From assembly GCA_038214755.1 (NCBI GenBank), contig JBBQRQ010000090.1, positions 1 to 20,512 of the forward strand: DNA of 20,512 nucleotides, given 5' to 3'. The DNA is from Verrucomicrobiota bacterium (GTDB taxonomy: Bacteria; Verrucomicrobiota; Verrucomicrobiia; Limisphaerales; CANJXF01). The notes under the pieces were generated by a model that worked only from the letters and a program-made list of their open reading frames with translations, was not told the origin of the DNA and made no database searches. Below are positions 1 through 8,553 of the stretch, in pieces; position 1 is the stretch's first letter, and the number at the start of each line of letters is the position of its first letter. The position numbers and the translations under genes were made by a program.

Positions 1-80
1 CCTTCCCCCCTGGGCGGCCAAGGGGCCGGGATCCTCGCAACCAACAGCGCAAACGGTTCCATGTTTTCTGAGAGATACAT
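1..80 (-). CDS. Possible 5' end of a gene running off the window edge (MYLSENMEPFALLVARIPAPWPPRGE...)
   Basis: ATG at 80-78 on the minus strand, with GAGG 8 nt upstream. The frame stays open to position 1. It is too short to assign a product. Confidence 0.3.
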   Translation of the reverse strand, partial: MYLSENMEPFALLVARIPAPWPPRGE

Positions 81-177
81 TGAATTTTCCTCAGCCGGTA
101 AACCGCCTGAGAGGGGTCACGATGTACCGGGGCTGTTCCGGAAGCCAACCCATTTCGCACGAACGCGCCGACGCTCC

Positions 178-268
178 ATCGTAGCGCAGGTTTTTCACCG
201 CCGGACTTCTCCAGCGCCTGGCCGATGGCAAATCGGCGAGACGGCAGCTTGCCAAGCTGCGCTACGAT
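178..268. repeat. Degenerate GTAG-type REP doublet
   Basis: Inverted ends ATCGTAGCGCAG (178-189) and CTGCGCTACGAT (257-268). The right unit reads GTAGC-GCAGCTTGGCAAGCTGC on the minus strand, a GTAG foot plus a hairpin. It lies just downstream of the trpG/pabA stop. Confidence 0.6.
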
Positions 269-272
269 CCCG

Positions 273-839
273 TTAACCGAGCGTCAAAAAATTTTTCAAA
301 ATAACCCTTCCGCCCTCGGTCAAAATACTTTCGGGATGAAACTGCACTCCCCAAATCGGAAGTTCCTTGTGCCGCACCGCCATGATTTCTCCCTCGTCAG
401 TTTCGGCGGTGACCTGCAAACAGTTGGGCAGCGTGTCGCGTTTGATGACGAGCGAATGATAACGCGTCGCCGCGAATGGATTTGGCATGTCGCGAAATAA
501 CTCTTTGCCGTCATGTTTTATCGGAGAAGTTTTTCCATGCATCATTCGGTAATTCACAACGACCTCCGCGCCGAACGTGTGGCCGATACATTGATGGCCG
601 AGGCAAACGCCGAGCAGCGGAATTTCATTTCCCAGCGTGCGGATAATTTCGTTGGAGATTCCCGATTCGCGCGGCGAACACGGCCCGGGCGAAATCAAAA
701 TTCGTTCCGGTTTCAACTCGCGAATTTTCTCCACCGAAATCTGGTCGTTGCGATGCACCTGTAGATCGACCTGCATCTCGCCGAGATATTGGACGAGGTT
801 GTAAGTGAACGAATCGTAATTATCGATGACCAGCAACAT
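273..839 (-). CDS. trpG: Anthranilate/aminodeoxychorismate synthase component II (class I glutamine amidotransferase, TrpG/PabA)
   Basis: Motifs [23 protein letters not shown] (catalytic Cys), RYHSL and GVQFHPES (His-Glu); 188 aa. TrpG and PabA cannot be told apart from this sequence. Confidence 0.93.
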   Translation of the reverse strand: MLLVIDNYDSFTYNLVQYLGEMQVDLQVHRNDQISVEKIRELKPERILISPGPCSPRESGISNEIIRTLGNEIPLLGVCLGHQCIGHTFGAEVVVNYRMMHGKTSPIKHDGKELFRDMPNPFAATRYHSLVIKRDTLPNCLQVTAETDEGEIMAVRHKELPIWGVQFHPESILTEGGRVILKNFLTLG

Positions 840-913
840 GCCTGAGAGATAATTAACAAAGGCGTAGTAGGAAAGAGAGATCGAAATAGTGCTGCCGAAT
901 TTCTGTCGGCACC

Positions 914-998
914 GGGTAGCATCTGCCTCCGGCGGGTGCGAGGCATTCTTCTTTCCTTTCGGAAATTTATTCGCACCCGCCGGAGCCAGATGCTACCC
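914..998. repeat. REPIN family A (GTAG foot), short-spacer copy
   Basis: GGGTAGCATCTGCCTCCGGCGGGTGCGA (914-941) and its inverted copy (971-998, one mismatch), with a 29-bp spacer. Confidence 0.9.
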
Positions 999-1071
999 AC
1001 TTGGTCACCATGTCAGCACCACTTTGACTTCGCCATTGCGACGACGCTTTTCCATTGCTAGCGTCGCCCGC

Positions 1072-1941
1072 ATGAACCGCCTCGACGTTCGCAAAACCTA
1101 CAAGCTTTATATCGGCGGAAATTTTGTGCGCAGCGAAAGTGGACGGTCTCTCGCAGCCTCGTCTCCCGATGGCGCGCACCTCGACAATTATCCCAACGCC
1201 TCCCGCAAAGATTTTCGCGACGCCGTCAGCGCGGCGCGTCCAGCCTTTGAAGGCTGGGCAAAAAAATCGGCGTATCTTCGCGGACAAATTTTGTATCGCG
1301 CTGCGGAGATGCTGCAAAATCGCGCGGAAGAATTGACGAATGAAATTACTCGCTCCACCGGCGCAAAAAATTCCAAAGCCCACACCGAAGTGTCCGCCTC
1401 GATTGATCGCCTGGTTTATTATGCGGGTTGGACTGACAAATATTCTCAAATTTTCGGCTCGGTAAATCCAGTCGCCAGTCCCCATTTTAATTTTTCCATT
1501 CCTGAACCGACGGGCGTTGTCGTGGCGCTGGCTCCCGATGAACCGGCGCTCGTCTCTCTCGTCTCACTCATCGCGCCAATTATTTTGACCGGTAATTCCG
1601 TCGTCTTGATCGCGTCCGAAAAGTTTCCCTTGCCTGCGCTGACCTTCGGCGAAATTTTGGCCACGAGCGATTTGCCCGGCGGCGTCGTAAATATTTTGAC
1701 GGGCAAGCAAGGGGAATTAATCCCACACATCGCCGGGCATATGGACGTCAATGCGATCGTGGATGGCGCGGGAATTTCCGAAACCGCCTCCGCGCTTCAA
1801 GCCGGCACCGCCACAAATCTCAAAAGATATTCCTCGCACTCGCTCGCGCCTGCCGGGTGGTTCACGAGCAAGGCGGAAGACCCGTATTGGATTCTCGACA
1901 CGATTGAATTTAAAACCGCGTGGCATCCGATTGGCGTGTAG
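1072..1941 (+). CDS. Short aldehyde dehydrogenase-family protein (NAD-binding-like domain only, 289 aa)
   Basis: Start MNRLDVRKTYKLYIGG; motifs RGQILYRAAE, EPTGVV and LPGGVVNILTG. There is no ELGGK motif and no catalytic Cys. The ORF-track extension to 889 runs through a repeat. Confidence 0.85.
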   Translation: MNRLDVRKTYKLYIGGNFVRSESGRSLAASSPDGAHLDNYPNASRKDFRDAVSAARPAFEGWAKKSAYLRGQILYRAAEMLQNRAEELTNEITRSTGAKNSKAHTEVSASIDRLVYYAGWTDKYSQIFGSVNPVASPHFNFSIPEPTGVVVALAPDEPALVSLVSLIAPIILTGNSVVLIASEKFPLPALTFGEILATSDLPGGVVNILTGKQGELIPHIAGHMDVNAIVDGAGISETASALQAGTATNLKRYSSHSLAPAGWFTSKAEDPYWILDTIEFKTAWHPIGV

Positions 1942-1945
1942 AATA

Positions 1946-2029
1946 GGAGCGCGAACGTTCTTCGTCCGCGTGTTCGCTCCAATGAGATTGCCGTCAAAAA
2001 AACTCGCGGACGGAGAACGTCCGCGCTCC
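1946..2029. repeat. REPIN family B (GGAG foot)
   Basis: GGAGCGCGAACGTTCTTCGTCCGCG ... CGCGGACGGAGAACGTCCGCGCTCC inverted pair. Confidence 0.85.
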
Positions 2030-2039
2030 GTTCCTCCTT

Positions 2040-2068
2040 GTGACGAAAACTTCAAACTGGTTTACCAT
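2040..2068 (+). promoter_or_regulatory. Putative sigma70-type promoter for the PKS, probably leaderless
   Basis: GTGACG-N17-TACCAT ending 5 nt before the ATG at 2074, with no Shine-Dalgarno sequence. Confidence 0.4.
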
Positions 2069-2073
2069 CGCGT

Positions 2074-3132
2074 ATGTATTTGAGAGGAATTGGAACCGCC
2101 GTCCCGCCGACTTCTTACACGCAACGTGAGGGTTGGGGCGCATTACAGCCGTCGTTGCCTTTCGCAGAACTCACTCCTCGCTCCCGCGCGATTCTCAAAA
2201 AAGTTTTGCTTGGTAAAAATGGAATCGATACGCGCCATCTGGCTCTCAATTCGTTGGCGGAAGCGTTTGAAATCAATCCCGACGCGCTGCATCAACGGTT
2301 CCTCAAACATGCGCCCGCTCTGGCCGCTCAAGCAGCCGAACGCGCTTTGGCCGATGCCGAAATTTCTGCAAACGAAATCGATGCCGTCCTGATCAGCACC
2401 TGCACCGGATACCTTTGTCCCGGCCTGACCAGCTACGTGAGCGAATCGCTGGGCCTGCGCGAAAATATTTTTGCGCTCGATCTGGTTGGACAAGGTTGCG
2501 GCGCGGCGCTGCCCAATCTTCGCGCGGCGAAGAATTTGATTGCGTCCGGACACCACAAAAAAGTTCTCAGCATCTGCGTGGAAGTTTGCAGCGCGGCTTT
2601 TTATTTCGACGACGATCCGGGAGTTTTGATCAGCGCCTGTTTGTTCGGCGATGGAGCGGGCGCGGTGATTCTTTCCCTCGAACCAAATCCCAATCGCCGC
2701 CGAGTGGAATGCAAAAGTTTTCACTCGATGACCTCGCCCGCCGACCGGGACCTTCTTCGCTTCGAGCAAAAAAATGGAATGTTGCGAAATATTTTGTCGG
2801 CCAAAGTTCCGCCGCTCGCCGCCGTTTTTGCCCAAAAGGTTTTGGATGACTTCCTTGGAAATTCTTCACACCAACGAGCAGAAATTTCCACGTGGATTCT
2901 GCACGCGGGCGGACGCGATGTTTTGCTCGCGCTTCAGGAAAAGTTGAATCTCGCTCCCGGCGACCTCTGCTGGAGCGCAACTATTTTGCGCGAGTTCGGA
3001 AATCTGAGCAGCCCTTTTGTTTTGTTCGTCCTCGAGAAAGCGTTGCGCGAAAATGCGCCTGGCGGACTCTGGTGGATGGCGTCGTTTGGCGCGGGTTTCA
3101 GCTCCCACGGCGCGATGCTCGAAGTCGAATGA
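2074..3132 (+). CDS. Type III polyketide synthase (chalcone/stilbene synthase family)
   Basis: Catalytic triad contexts GQGCGAA (Cys), WILHAGG (His) and FGNLSS (Asn), plus STCTG, VEVCS, LFGDGAGA and FGAGF; 352 aa. Confidence 0.95.
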   Translation: MYLRGIGTAVPPTSYTQREGWGALQPSLPFAELTPRSRAILKKVLLGKNGIDTRHLALNSLAEAFEINPDALHQRFLKHAPALAAQAAERALADAEISANEIDAVLISTCTGYLCPGLTSYVSESLGLRENIFALDLVGQGCGAALPNLRAAKNLIASGHHKKVLSICVEVCSAAFYFDDDPGVLISACLFGDGAGAVILSLEPNPNRRRVECKSFHSMTSPADRDLLRFEQKNGMLRNILSAKVPPLAAVFAQKVLDDFLGNSSHQRAEISTWILHAGGRDVLLALQEKLNLAPGDLCWSATILREFGNLSSPFVLFVLEKALRENAPGGLWWMASFGAGFSSHGAMLEVE

Positions 3133-3815
3133 AACGAATTGTCGAACGGGAGTTGCTCGACGAATTACCTCCAACCGATCCCCGCGCCATTCAATCCCGC
3201 CGCGACCTGCGCCGTGTGAATGTTTTCATGGGAAATGTCCCGGCCATGGCGGAAATGTTGCGGGAAACTTTTCCAGACGAGCCGCCCCGTCGTCTTGTCG
3301 AACTCGGCGCAGGTGACGGAACGTTCATGCTGCATGTGGCCAGGAGACTTTCGTCGCGCTGGAAAAACGTCGAAGTCATTTTGGTCGATCGACAAAATCT
3401 GGTTTCGGCGAAGACGAAAGAAGACTTTCAGCAACTCGGCTGGCGCGCGGAAGTTGTTTGCGCCGATATTTTTGATTGGCTTTCCAGCGGTGAATCGGCT
3501 GGCGGCATGATTGCCAATTTATTTCTGCACCATTTTGAATCGGAGAAACTGGCGTTGCTTTTGCGGCTGGCATCCACTCGGAGGAAAACATTTCTCGCGT
3601 GCGAACCACGGCGTTCACCATTGGGAATTATCGGCACAAAGTTTTTAAGGTTGATCGGATGCAACGACGTCACTCGGCACGATGCGTTGGTCAGTGTGCG
3701 CGCCGGATTTCGCGGGAAAGAAATTTCCCAACTCTGGCCGCAAAGTAAAAGTTGGAAAATCGCAGAAAGGGAAAGGGGTTTATTCAGCCACACGTTTAGA
3801 GCGGCGCGTCTCTGA
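3129..3815 (+). CDS. Class I SAM-dependent methyltransferase, type III PKS-associated family
   Basis: ATGA overlap with the PKS stop. Motifs ELLDEL..DLRRVN, VELGAGDG (SAM motif I), NLFLHHF and HDALVSVRAGF. Confidence 0.9.
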   Translation: MKRIVERELLDELPPTDPRAIQSRRDLRRVNVFMGNVPAMAEMLRETFPDEPPRRLVELGAGDGTFMLHVARRLSSRWKNVEVILVDRQNLVSAKTKEDFQQLGWRAEVVCADIFDWLSSGESAGGMIANLFLHHFESEKLALLLRLASTRRKTFLACEPRRSPLGIIGTKFLRLIGCNDVTRHDALVSVRAGFRGKEISQLWPQSKSWKIAERERGLFSHTFRAARL

Positions 3816-3832
3816 CCGCCGCCATTCCCGAT

Positions 3833-3988
3833 GGGTAGCATCTGCCTCCGGCGGGTGCGAAGACATTTCTTATTTCGATGTGATGTTCGATGTTCGATGT
3901 TCAGTGAATGTTTAATTTGCAAACATCGAACATCGAACACTGAACATCGAACGCATTGTTTCGCACCCGCCGGAGGCAGATGCTACCC
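3833..3988. repeat. REPIN family A with nested inverted heptamer arrays
   Basis: Perfect 28-bp inverted arms (3833-3860 and 3961-3988). The interior has (TCGATGT)n followed by (ACATCGA)n. Confidence 0.92.
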
Positions 3989-4070
3989 CTGCGTTCACTC
4001 GCACTTCGCGGGGATTGGTTGGCTTCTAAAATTTTTTTGCGTTCCCGATTTATTGGGCGATTACTTTTCC

Positions 4071-4715
4071 ATGCTCGTCACTGATTTTATTCCAGCCAAA
4101 GAAAAAGAAAGTCGCCGCTTGATGATTGTGTTGCACGGCTTGGGCGACAGCATGGAAGGCTATCGCTGGACGCCGGAAGCGTTGCAAATTCCGTGGCTGA
4201 ATTATCTGCTGGTCAATGCGCCCGACGGTTATTACGGCGGATTTTCCTGGTACGATTTCGCGAAGTCCCCCGAGCCAGGAATCAAGCGCAGCCGCGAACT
4301 TCTTTTCAAATTACTCGATGACTTGCGCGGAAAAAACTTCCCCACAAATGAAACAATTCTATTTGGTTTTTCACAGGGCAGCTTGATGACGATTGAAGTC
4401 GGCTTGCGCTACCCGCATCTGTTGGCCGGTTTGATTGGCGTCAGCGGTTACGCGCACGAACCGGAAGAATTGCTGAAAGAACTTTCACCTGTCGCGAAGC
4501 AGCAACGCTTTCTCATCACGCACGGCACGCAAGATACTTTGGTTCCGTTTGCCGAAGTGAAAAAGCAGATCAAAGTACTTCAGGCCGGTGGAGTCCAAAT
4601 GGATTGGCGCGAATTTCACAAGGCGCACACCATCGCGGGCGAGGAGGAAATTTCGGCGATTCGTCAATTCATCCGGTCAGGGCGCATCTCAGTTTCGTGC
4701 CATGTTCGTTCCTAA
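4071..4715 (+). CDS. Phospholipase/carboxylesterase (alpha/beta hydrolase)
   Basis: LHGLGD oxyanion motif, GFSQG nucleophile, HGTQD Asp and AHTI His; 214 aa from ATG 4071. Confidence 0.92.
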   Translation: MLVTDFIPAKEKESRRLMIVLHGLGDSMEGYRWTPEALQIPWLNYLLVNAPDGYYGGFSWYDFAKSPEPGIKRSRELLFKLLDDLRGKNFPTNETILFGFSQGSLMTIEVGLRYPHLLAGLIGVSGYAHEPEELLKELSPVAKQQRFLITHGTQDTLVPFAEVKKQIKVLQAGGVQMDWREFHKAHTIAGEEEISAIRQFIRSGRISVSCHVRS

Positions 4716-4863
4716 TCTCATTAGCACCCGGCTTCAGCCGGGTGTTGAGGTGGTGAGGCGAGTTCAACCGCTTCAGCGGTTTGCCCCATGCTGGAAACCG
4801 CTGAAGCGGTTGAGAGTGGCAATTTGTTCCGGTTCACCCGGCTGAAGCCGGGTGCTAATGAGA
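4716..4863. repeat. REPIN family C (TTAG foot) with inner hairpin pair
   Basis: Perfect 29-bp inverted arms TCTCATTAGCACCCGGCTTCAGCCGGGTG (4716-4744) and 4835-4863. The inner pair is AACCGCTTCAGCGGTTT / AAACCGCTGAAGCGGTT. Confidence 0.92.
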
Positions 4864-4985
4864 GGGGTATTCGAGTTGCAAGAAACTGAGATGCGCCCAT
4901 TCGGTCCTGTTTTCTGAAGTGAAGCTTGTTCGCGCTGTCTTCCCGTGATAATAGTCTTCACTCGTAATTTTTTTCTTTGAACCAC

Positions 4986-6701
4986 ATGAATTTTCATTCG
5001 CGTATTTTTGGAATTGTTTTTTTGATTTCGCTGCTGGGCGTCAACCGCGGTTTTAGCCAGAGCATTTCCGGTTTCACGCCGGCCTTCGGCGAAACCAATT
5101 CCGCCGTGCAGATCAGCGGCTCGGGTTTCACCGGCGTGACGAACGTGATTTTTTATAACGGCAAGAGCGTGCGGGTGGTGCCAACGGCGGACACTCAGAT
5201 CAACGTCATCGTTCCGTTTGGCGCGACGACCGGGCCTATCATGGTAAAAAAAGGCACAACCATCGTCACCAGCGTCGATTCGTTTACGGTCATCGGCAAA
5301 GAACCTTACGTAACGGATTTTTCTCCGATCAATGGCTCGGCTGGAACTTTAGTGACACTTAACGGAGTTCATTTTACCGGCACCAGTTCCGCGAGATTCA
5401 ATGGAGTGAATGCCGCGTTCACCCCGCCGACGACCGATACGCAGCTTAAGATTACCGCTCCCGCCGGCGTGACGACCGGCCCGATCAGCATCACTCGCTC
5501 GAATCTTCCCGCGCTCACTTTTACAACGAGCAGCAATTTTTTCGCGTCGCCCGTCATCACGAGTTTTTCTCCGTCGAGCGGTCGCGGCGGAACGAACGTC
5601 ATCATCACCGGCCAAAATTTTCTCGGAACAACTTTTGTGAAATTCAATTCGCTCGCCGCAACTTTTACAGTCGATTCCAACACGCAAATCACCGCGACTC
5701 TCCCGCCCAATGCCACAACGGGTTTGCTCAATATTTCCGCGCCCGGCGGGCAATCTTTTTCCAGCAGCAATTTTGTCGTGCTTCCCTCGATTCTCAGTTT
5801 CTCGCCCTATTTTGGGAAACCGGGAACGAACGTCACGATTATCGGTGGGAATTTAATTGGGACGACCGCGGTGACGTTCAATGGCGTCCCGACCACGTTC
5901 AGCGGAGTGACTTCAAATCAATTGACGGCGGTGGTGCCTCCGACGGCAACGAGCGGACCGATCAGCGTAACGACGACCAACGGAACGGCCACGAGTGCGA
6001 CGAATTTTTTTCTGCCACCGAGCATTTCCAGTTTCTCTCCGACCAACGGCGGTGCGGGAACGAACGTCACGATCAACGGAGTTAATTTTACCAACGCAAC
6101 CTCGGTCACTTTCAACGGAGTGAGCGCCAGTTTTACGGTCGTGAATAATAATTTGATCACCGCCATCGTTCCGGCGGGCGCGACCAGTGGTCAGATTACC
6201 GTCACTGCGCCCGGAGGCGTTGCCAGCACTTCCGGAAATTTTTATCTTCAACCGATTGTGAGTGGATTCAATCCGGCCAGCGGCATTGCAGGAAATATCA
6301 TCACCGTCACTGGAACCAATTTCACCAACGCGACTCTGGTGCAGTTCAACGGAGCGGGCACGACCAATTTTACCGTGATCGATAATTCACAACTGACGGT
6401 GGTTGTGCCGACGAATGCGACGACCGGGCCGATTAGCGTCACCACGCCCGGCGGAACAGGAGTGAGCGCGGCAAATTTTGTCATCGATACGGTGGCGCTC
6501 TCGATCAAGTTGCTGACGAACAACGCGGTAATAATTTCCTGGCCGGTAAGCGCGACCGGTTTTTCTCTCGAGAAAAATACGAACTTAAATTTCCCGACGA
6601 ATTGGGTGGCGGTGACAAATACGCCCGTCGTCTTGAACGGAAAAAGCACGGTGACCAATGCGACTACGAACGCCGCCGCGTTTTATCGGTTGAAAAAATA
6701 A
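4986..6701 (+). CDS. Secreted IPT/TIG repeat protein (six ~80-aa repeats) with a C-terminal FYR-ending module
   Basis: Signal-peptide-like N-terminus. Repeats begin ISGFTP, VTDFSP, ITSFSP, ILSFSP, ISSFSP and VSGFNP, each with V.I.G.NF..FNG..VP.GATTGPI-like motifs. Confidence 0.92.
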   Translation: MNFHSRIFGIVFLISLLGVNRGFSQSISGFTPAFGETNSAVQISGSGFTGVTNVIFYNGKSVRVVPTADTQINVIVPFGATTGPIMVKKGTTIVTSVDSFTVIGKEPYVTDFSPINGSAGTLVTLNGVHFTGTSSARFNGVNAAFTPPTTDTQLKITAPAGVTTGPISITRSNLPALTFTTSSNFFASPVITSFSPSSGRGGTNVIITGQNFLGTTFVKFNSLAATFTVDSNTQITATLPPNATTGLLNISAPGGQSFSSSNFVVLPSILSFSPYFGKPGTNVTIIGGNLIGTTAVTFNGVPTTFSGVTSNQLTAVVPPTATSGPISVTTTNGTATSATNFFLPPSISSFSPTNGGAGTNVTINGVNFTNATSVTFNGVSASFTVVNNNLITAIVPAGATSGQITVTAPGGVASTSGNFYLQPIVSGFNPASGIAGNIITVTGTNFTNATLVQFNGAGTTNFTVIDNSQLTVVVPTNATTGPISVTTPGGTGVSAANFVIDTVALSIKLLTNNAVIISWPVSATGFSLEKNTNLNFPTNWVAVTNTPVVLNGKSTVTNATTNAAAFYRLKK

Positions 6702-6707
6702 GCGGCT

Positions 6708-6873
6708 GGGTAGCATCTGCCTCCGGCGGGTGCGAAGACATTTTTTTATTTCGATGTTGGATGTTCGATGTTCAGCGTTCGATGTTCCTTTAATTTCCAA
6801 ACATCGAACATCCAACATCGAACGCTGAACATCGAATCAGTTTTTTCGCACCCGCCGGAGGCAGATGCTACCC
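6708..6873. repeat. REPIN family A with nested inverted heptamer arrays, between convergent genes
   Basis: Arms 6708-6735 and 6846-6873; heptamer arrays at about 6751-6836. Confidence 0.92.
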
Positions 6874-6881
6874 GTGCACTC

Positions 6882-7814
6882 TCATTGATTTAGCGCGGCC
6901 AAATATCTCTCGGCATCGATGGCCGCCGCGCAGCCGAGTCCCGCCGCGGTGACGGCCTGCCGATACACTTGATCGGAACAATCTCCCGCCACAAAAACTC
7001 CGGCCACATTTGTTTCCGTTCCACGTTTCGGAATGATGTAGCCTTGATGGTCCATGTCTAAAACGCCTTTGAAAAGTTGCGTGTTGGGCACGTGGCCGAT
7101 GGCGATGAAAACTCCCGCGCACGGCAAAACTCTTTCTGTGTTCGTTTTTAAATTCTTCAAGCGCACACCCGTCACTTTGTCGAGGGCCGGCTCCAAAATC
7201 TCCGTCACCGCCGTGTCCCAGATCGGTTTTATTTTGGAGTGGCTCAAGGCGCGCTCGGCCATGATTTTTGACGCGCGCAAACTGTCGCGGCGATGAACCA
7301 AAAAAACTTCAGAAGCAAAACGCGTCAGATAAGTCGCTTCTTCGCAGGCAGAATCGCCGCCGCCGACGACGACGAGCGGTTGATTGCGGAACATGGGCCA
7401 CGCGCCGTCGCAAGTCGCGCAATAGGTCACTCCTTTTTTTTCGAGCAAATGTTCGCTGGGCAAACCGAGATGGCGATGACTCGCGCCGGTGGCGATGATG
7501 ATGGTTTGCGTCTCAATTTTTTCTCCATCCACGACGAGCGCCAAGGGTTGTTTCGATAAATCAACGGACTCGACGGTTTGTAAAATTTTAATTCGCGCGC
7601 CGAATTTTTCGGATTGTTGCTGCATTCGCACCATCAATTCGTAGCCGTCGATTCCTTCGGGAAAGCCGGGATAATTTTCCACGACGCTCGTGGTTGTGAG
7701 TAGTCCGCCCGGCATGGTGCCGGTGAGAACAAGCGGAGAAAGATTGGAGCGCGCGGCGTAAATGGCAGCAGTTAATCCAGCGCAACCGGTTCCAATGATG
7801 ACAACTTTTTCCAT
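6882..7814 (-). CDS. trxB: Thioredoxin-disulfide reductase
   Basis: VVIIGTGCAGLTAAIYAAR, VENYPGFP, the CATCD redox motif, VVGGGDSA, VHRRD and AGD..YRQAVTAAG. Start MEKVV at 7814. Confidence 0.96.
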   Translation of the reverse strand: MEKVVIIGTGCAGLTAAIYAARSNLSPLVLTGTMPGGLLTTTSVVENYPGFPEGIDGYELMVRMQQQSEKFGARIKILQTVESVDLSKQPLALVVDGEKIETQTIIIATGASHRHLGLPSEHLLEKKGVTYCATCDGAWPMFRNQPLVVVGGGDSACEEATYLTRFASEVFLVHRRDSLRASKIMAERALSHSKIKPIWDTAVTEILEPALDKVTGVRLKNLKTNTERVLPCAGVFIAIGHVPNTQLFKGVLDMDHQGYIIPKRGTETNVAGVFVAGDCSDQVYRQAVTAAGLGCAAAIDAERYLAALNQ

Positions 7815-7824
7815 AGAGCGGAGA

Positions 7825-7853
7825 AAAGTATTTTTTCCCATTCGCGTTGGCAA
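7825..7853 (-). promoter_or_regulatory. Putative sigma70 promoter of trxB
   Basis: TTGCCA-N17-TACTTT on the minus strand, ending 10 nt before the ATG. Confidence 0.6.
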
Positions 7854-7906
7854 GGGGCCTCTCTTACTGAATTGCAGGTTTCAAATCTTCGGAAAGAGGT
7901 GGCAAC

Positions 7907-7978
7907 GGAACGCCGATCTCCTGATCGGCATTGGAATGCTTCTCATTTCCGGCGAGCCGATCGGGAGATCGGCGTTCC
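7907..7978. repeat. REPIN family D (GGAA foot)
   Basis: GGAACGCCGATCTCCTGATCGGC (7907-7929) and GCCGATCGGGAGATCGGCGTTCC (7956-7978). Confidence 0.85.
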
Positions 7979-8019
7979 TCATTTTGCAAGAAATCGAGCG
8001 CGTGTTGTCCAAATGGAAA

Positions 8020-8115
8020 GGACCGTGGACGTTCTCATCCGCGTGAATCGAGAAGGACGAAAGCGAAAAATATTGTCCGGTTTTTGAAACGCGCGGACGA
8101 GAACGTCCGCGCTCC
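8020..8115. repeat. REPIN family B, degenerate left arm
   Basis: GGACCGTGGACGTTCTCATCCGCG ... CGCGGACGAGAACGTCCGCGCTCC. Confidence 0.85.
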
Positions 8116-8163
8116 TATTGGTGGGGCGCCACCCGCTCGCCATGTGCCCAGTCGCAAGCGTGT

Positions 8164-8538
8164 TCAAGTTGCGGTGAAAGGTTCCAGTGTTTTCTGCGAC
8201 TGTTGCTTTCTCCAGCGGACGACGCGCCAGTAAATGATTCCAAAAAACAGCGCGCCACATCCGTTGACGCCGACGGTGTAGCCGAGCTTGTAAGTCCGTC
8301 CCGTGTTGAGCGCCGCGTAAATCGGAACGTCGCGCCCGAAGAGCAGGGGAGGCATCGCGCCGGGCATCAACGCGCCGTCCACGACGCCGCGGCCAAATCC
8401 GGCGGGATGCGTCTTTTGGATCGGACGATTGAAAACTGCGCTGATGATAATTGTGACCAGAAGCACAACCGCAATTCGGCGCAAGATGGTGAAAGCGGTT
8501 TGGCGTTGGAGCCAGAGTTTGACTTGAGTCGCGGGCAT
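8164..8538 (-). CDS. Small hypothetical membrane protein (124 aa)
   Basis: Hydrophobic segments IAVVLLVTIIISAVF and VGVNGCGALFFGIIYW flank a conserved-looking core, AGFGRGVVDG..MP..LLFGRDVPIYAALNTG..YKLG. It fills the gap upstream of the true methyltransferase start. Confidence 0.7.
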   Translation of the reverse strand: MPATQVKLWLQRQTAFTILRRIAVVLLVTIIISAVFNRPIQKTHPAGFGRGVVDGALMPGAMPPLLFGRDVPIYAALNTGRTYKLGYTVGVNGCGALFFGIIYWRVVRWRKQQSQKTLEPFTAT

Positions 8539-8553
8539 ATCGTAAGCAAAAGC

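Noticed and set aside
713..1000. Small ORFs sharing GSICLRRVR / RTRRRQML / VASASGGCE peptides as a protein family
   Set aside because: These are translations of family-A repeat arms, with no evidence of coding function.
889..1071. N-terminal extensions in the ORF track (889, 2892, 3831, 8203, 12273, 14575 and 7853)
   Set aside because: They run through repeats, promoters or neighbouring genes. Family motifs or signal peptides begin at the downstream starts I used.
5349..6658. Repetitive minus-strand ORFs within the IPT gene
   Set aside because: They are mirror images of the IPT repeats.
4986..6701. N-x-S/T sequon enrichment in the IPT protein
   Set aside because: About 13 sequons were counted, close to a rough expectation from its high Asn, Thr and Ser content. 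Only the TN order bias stands out.
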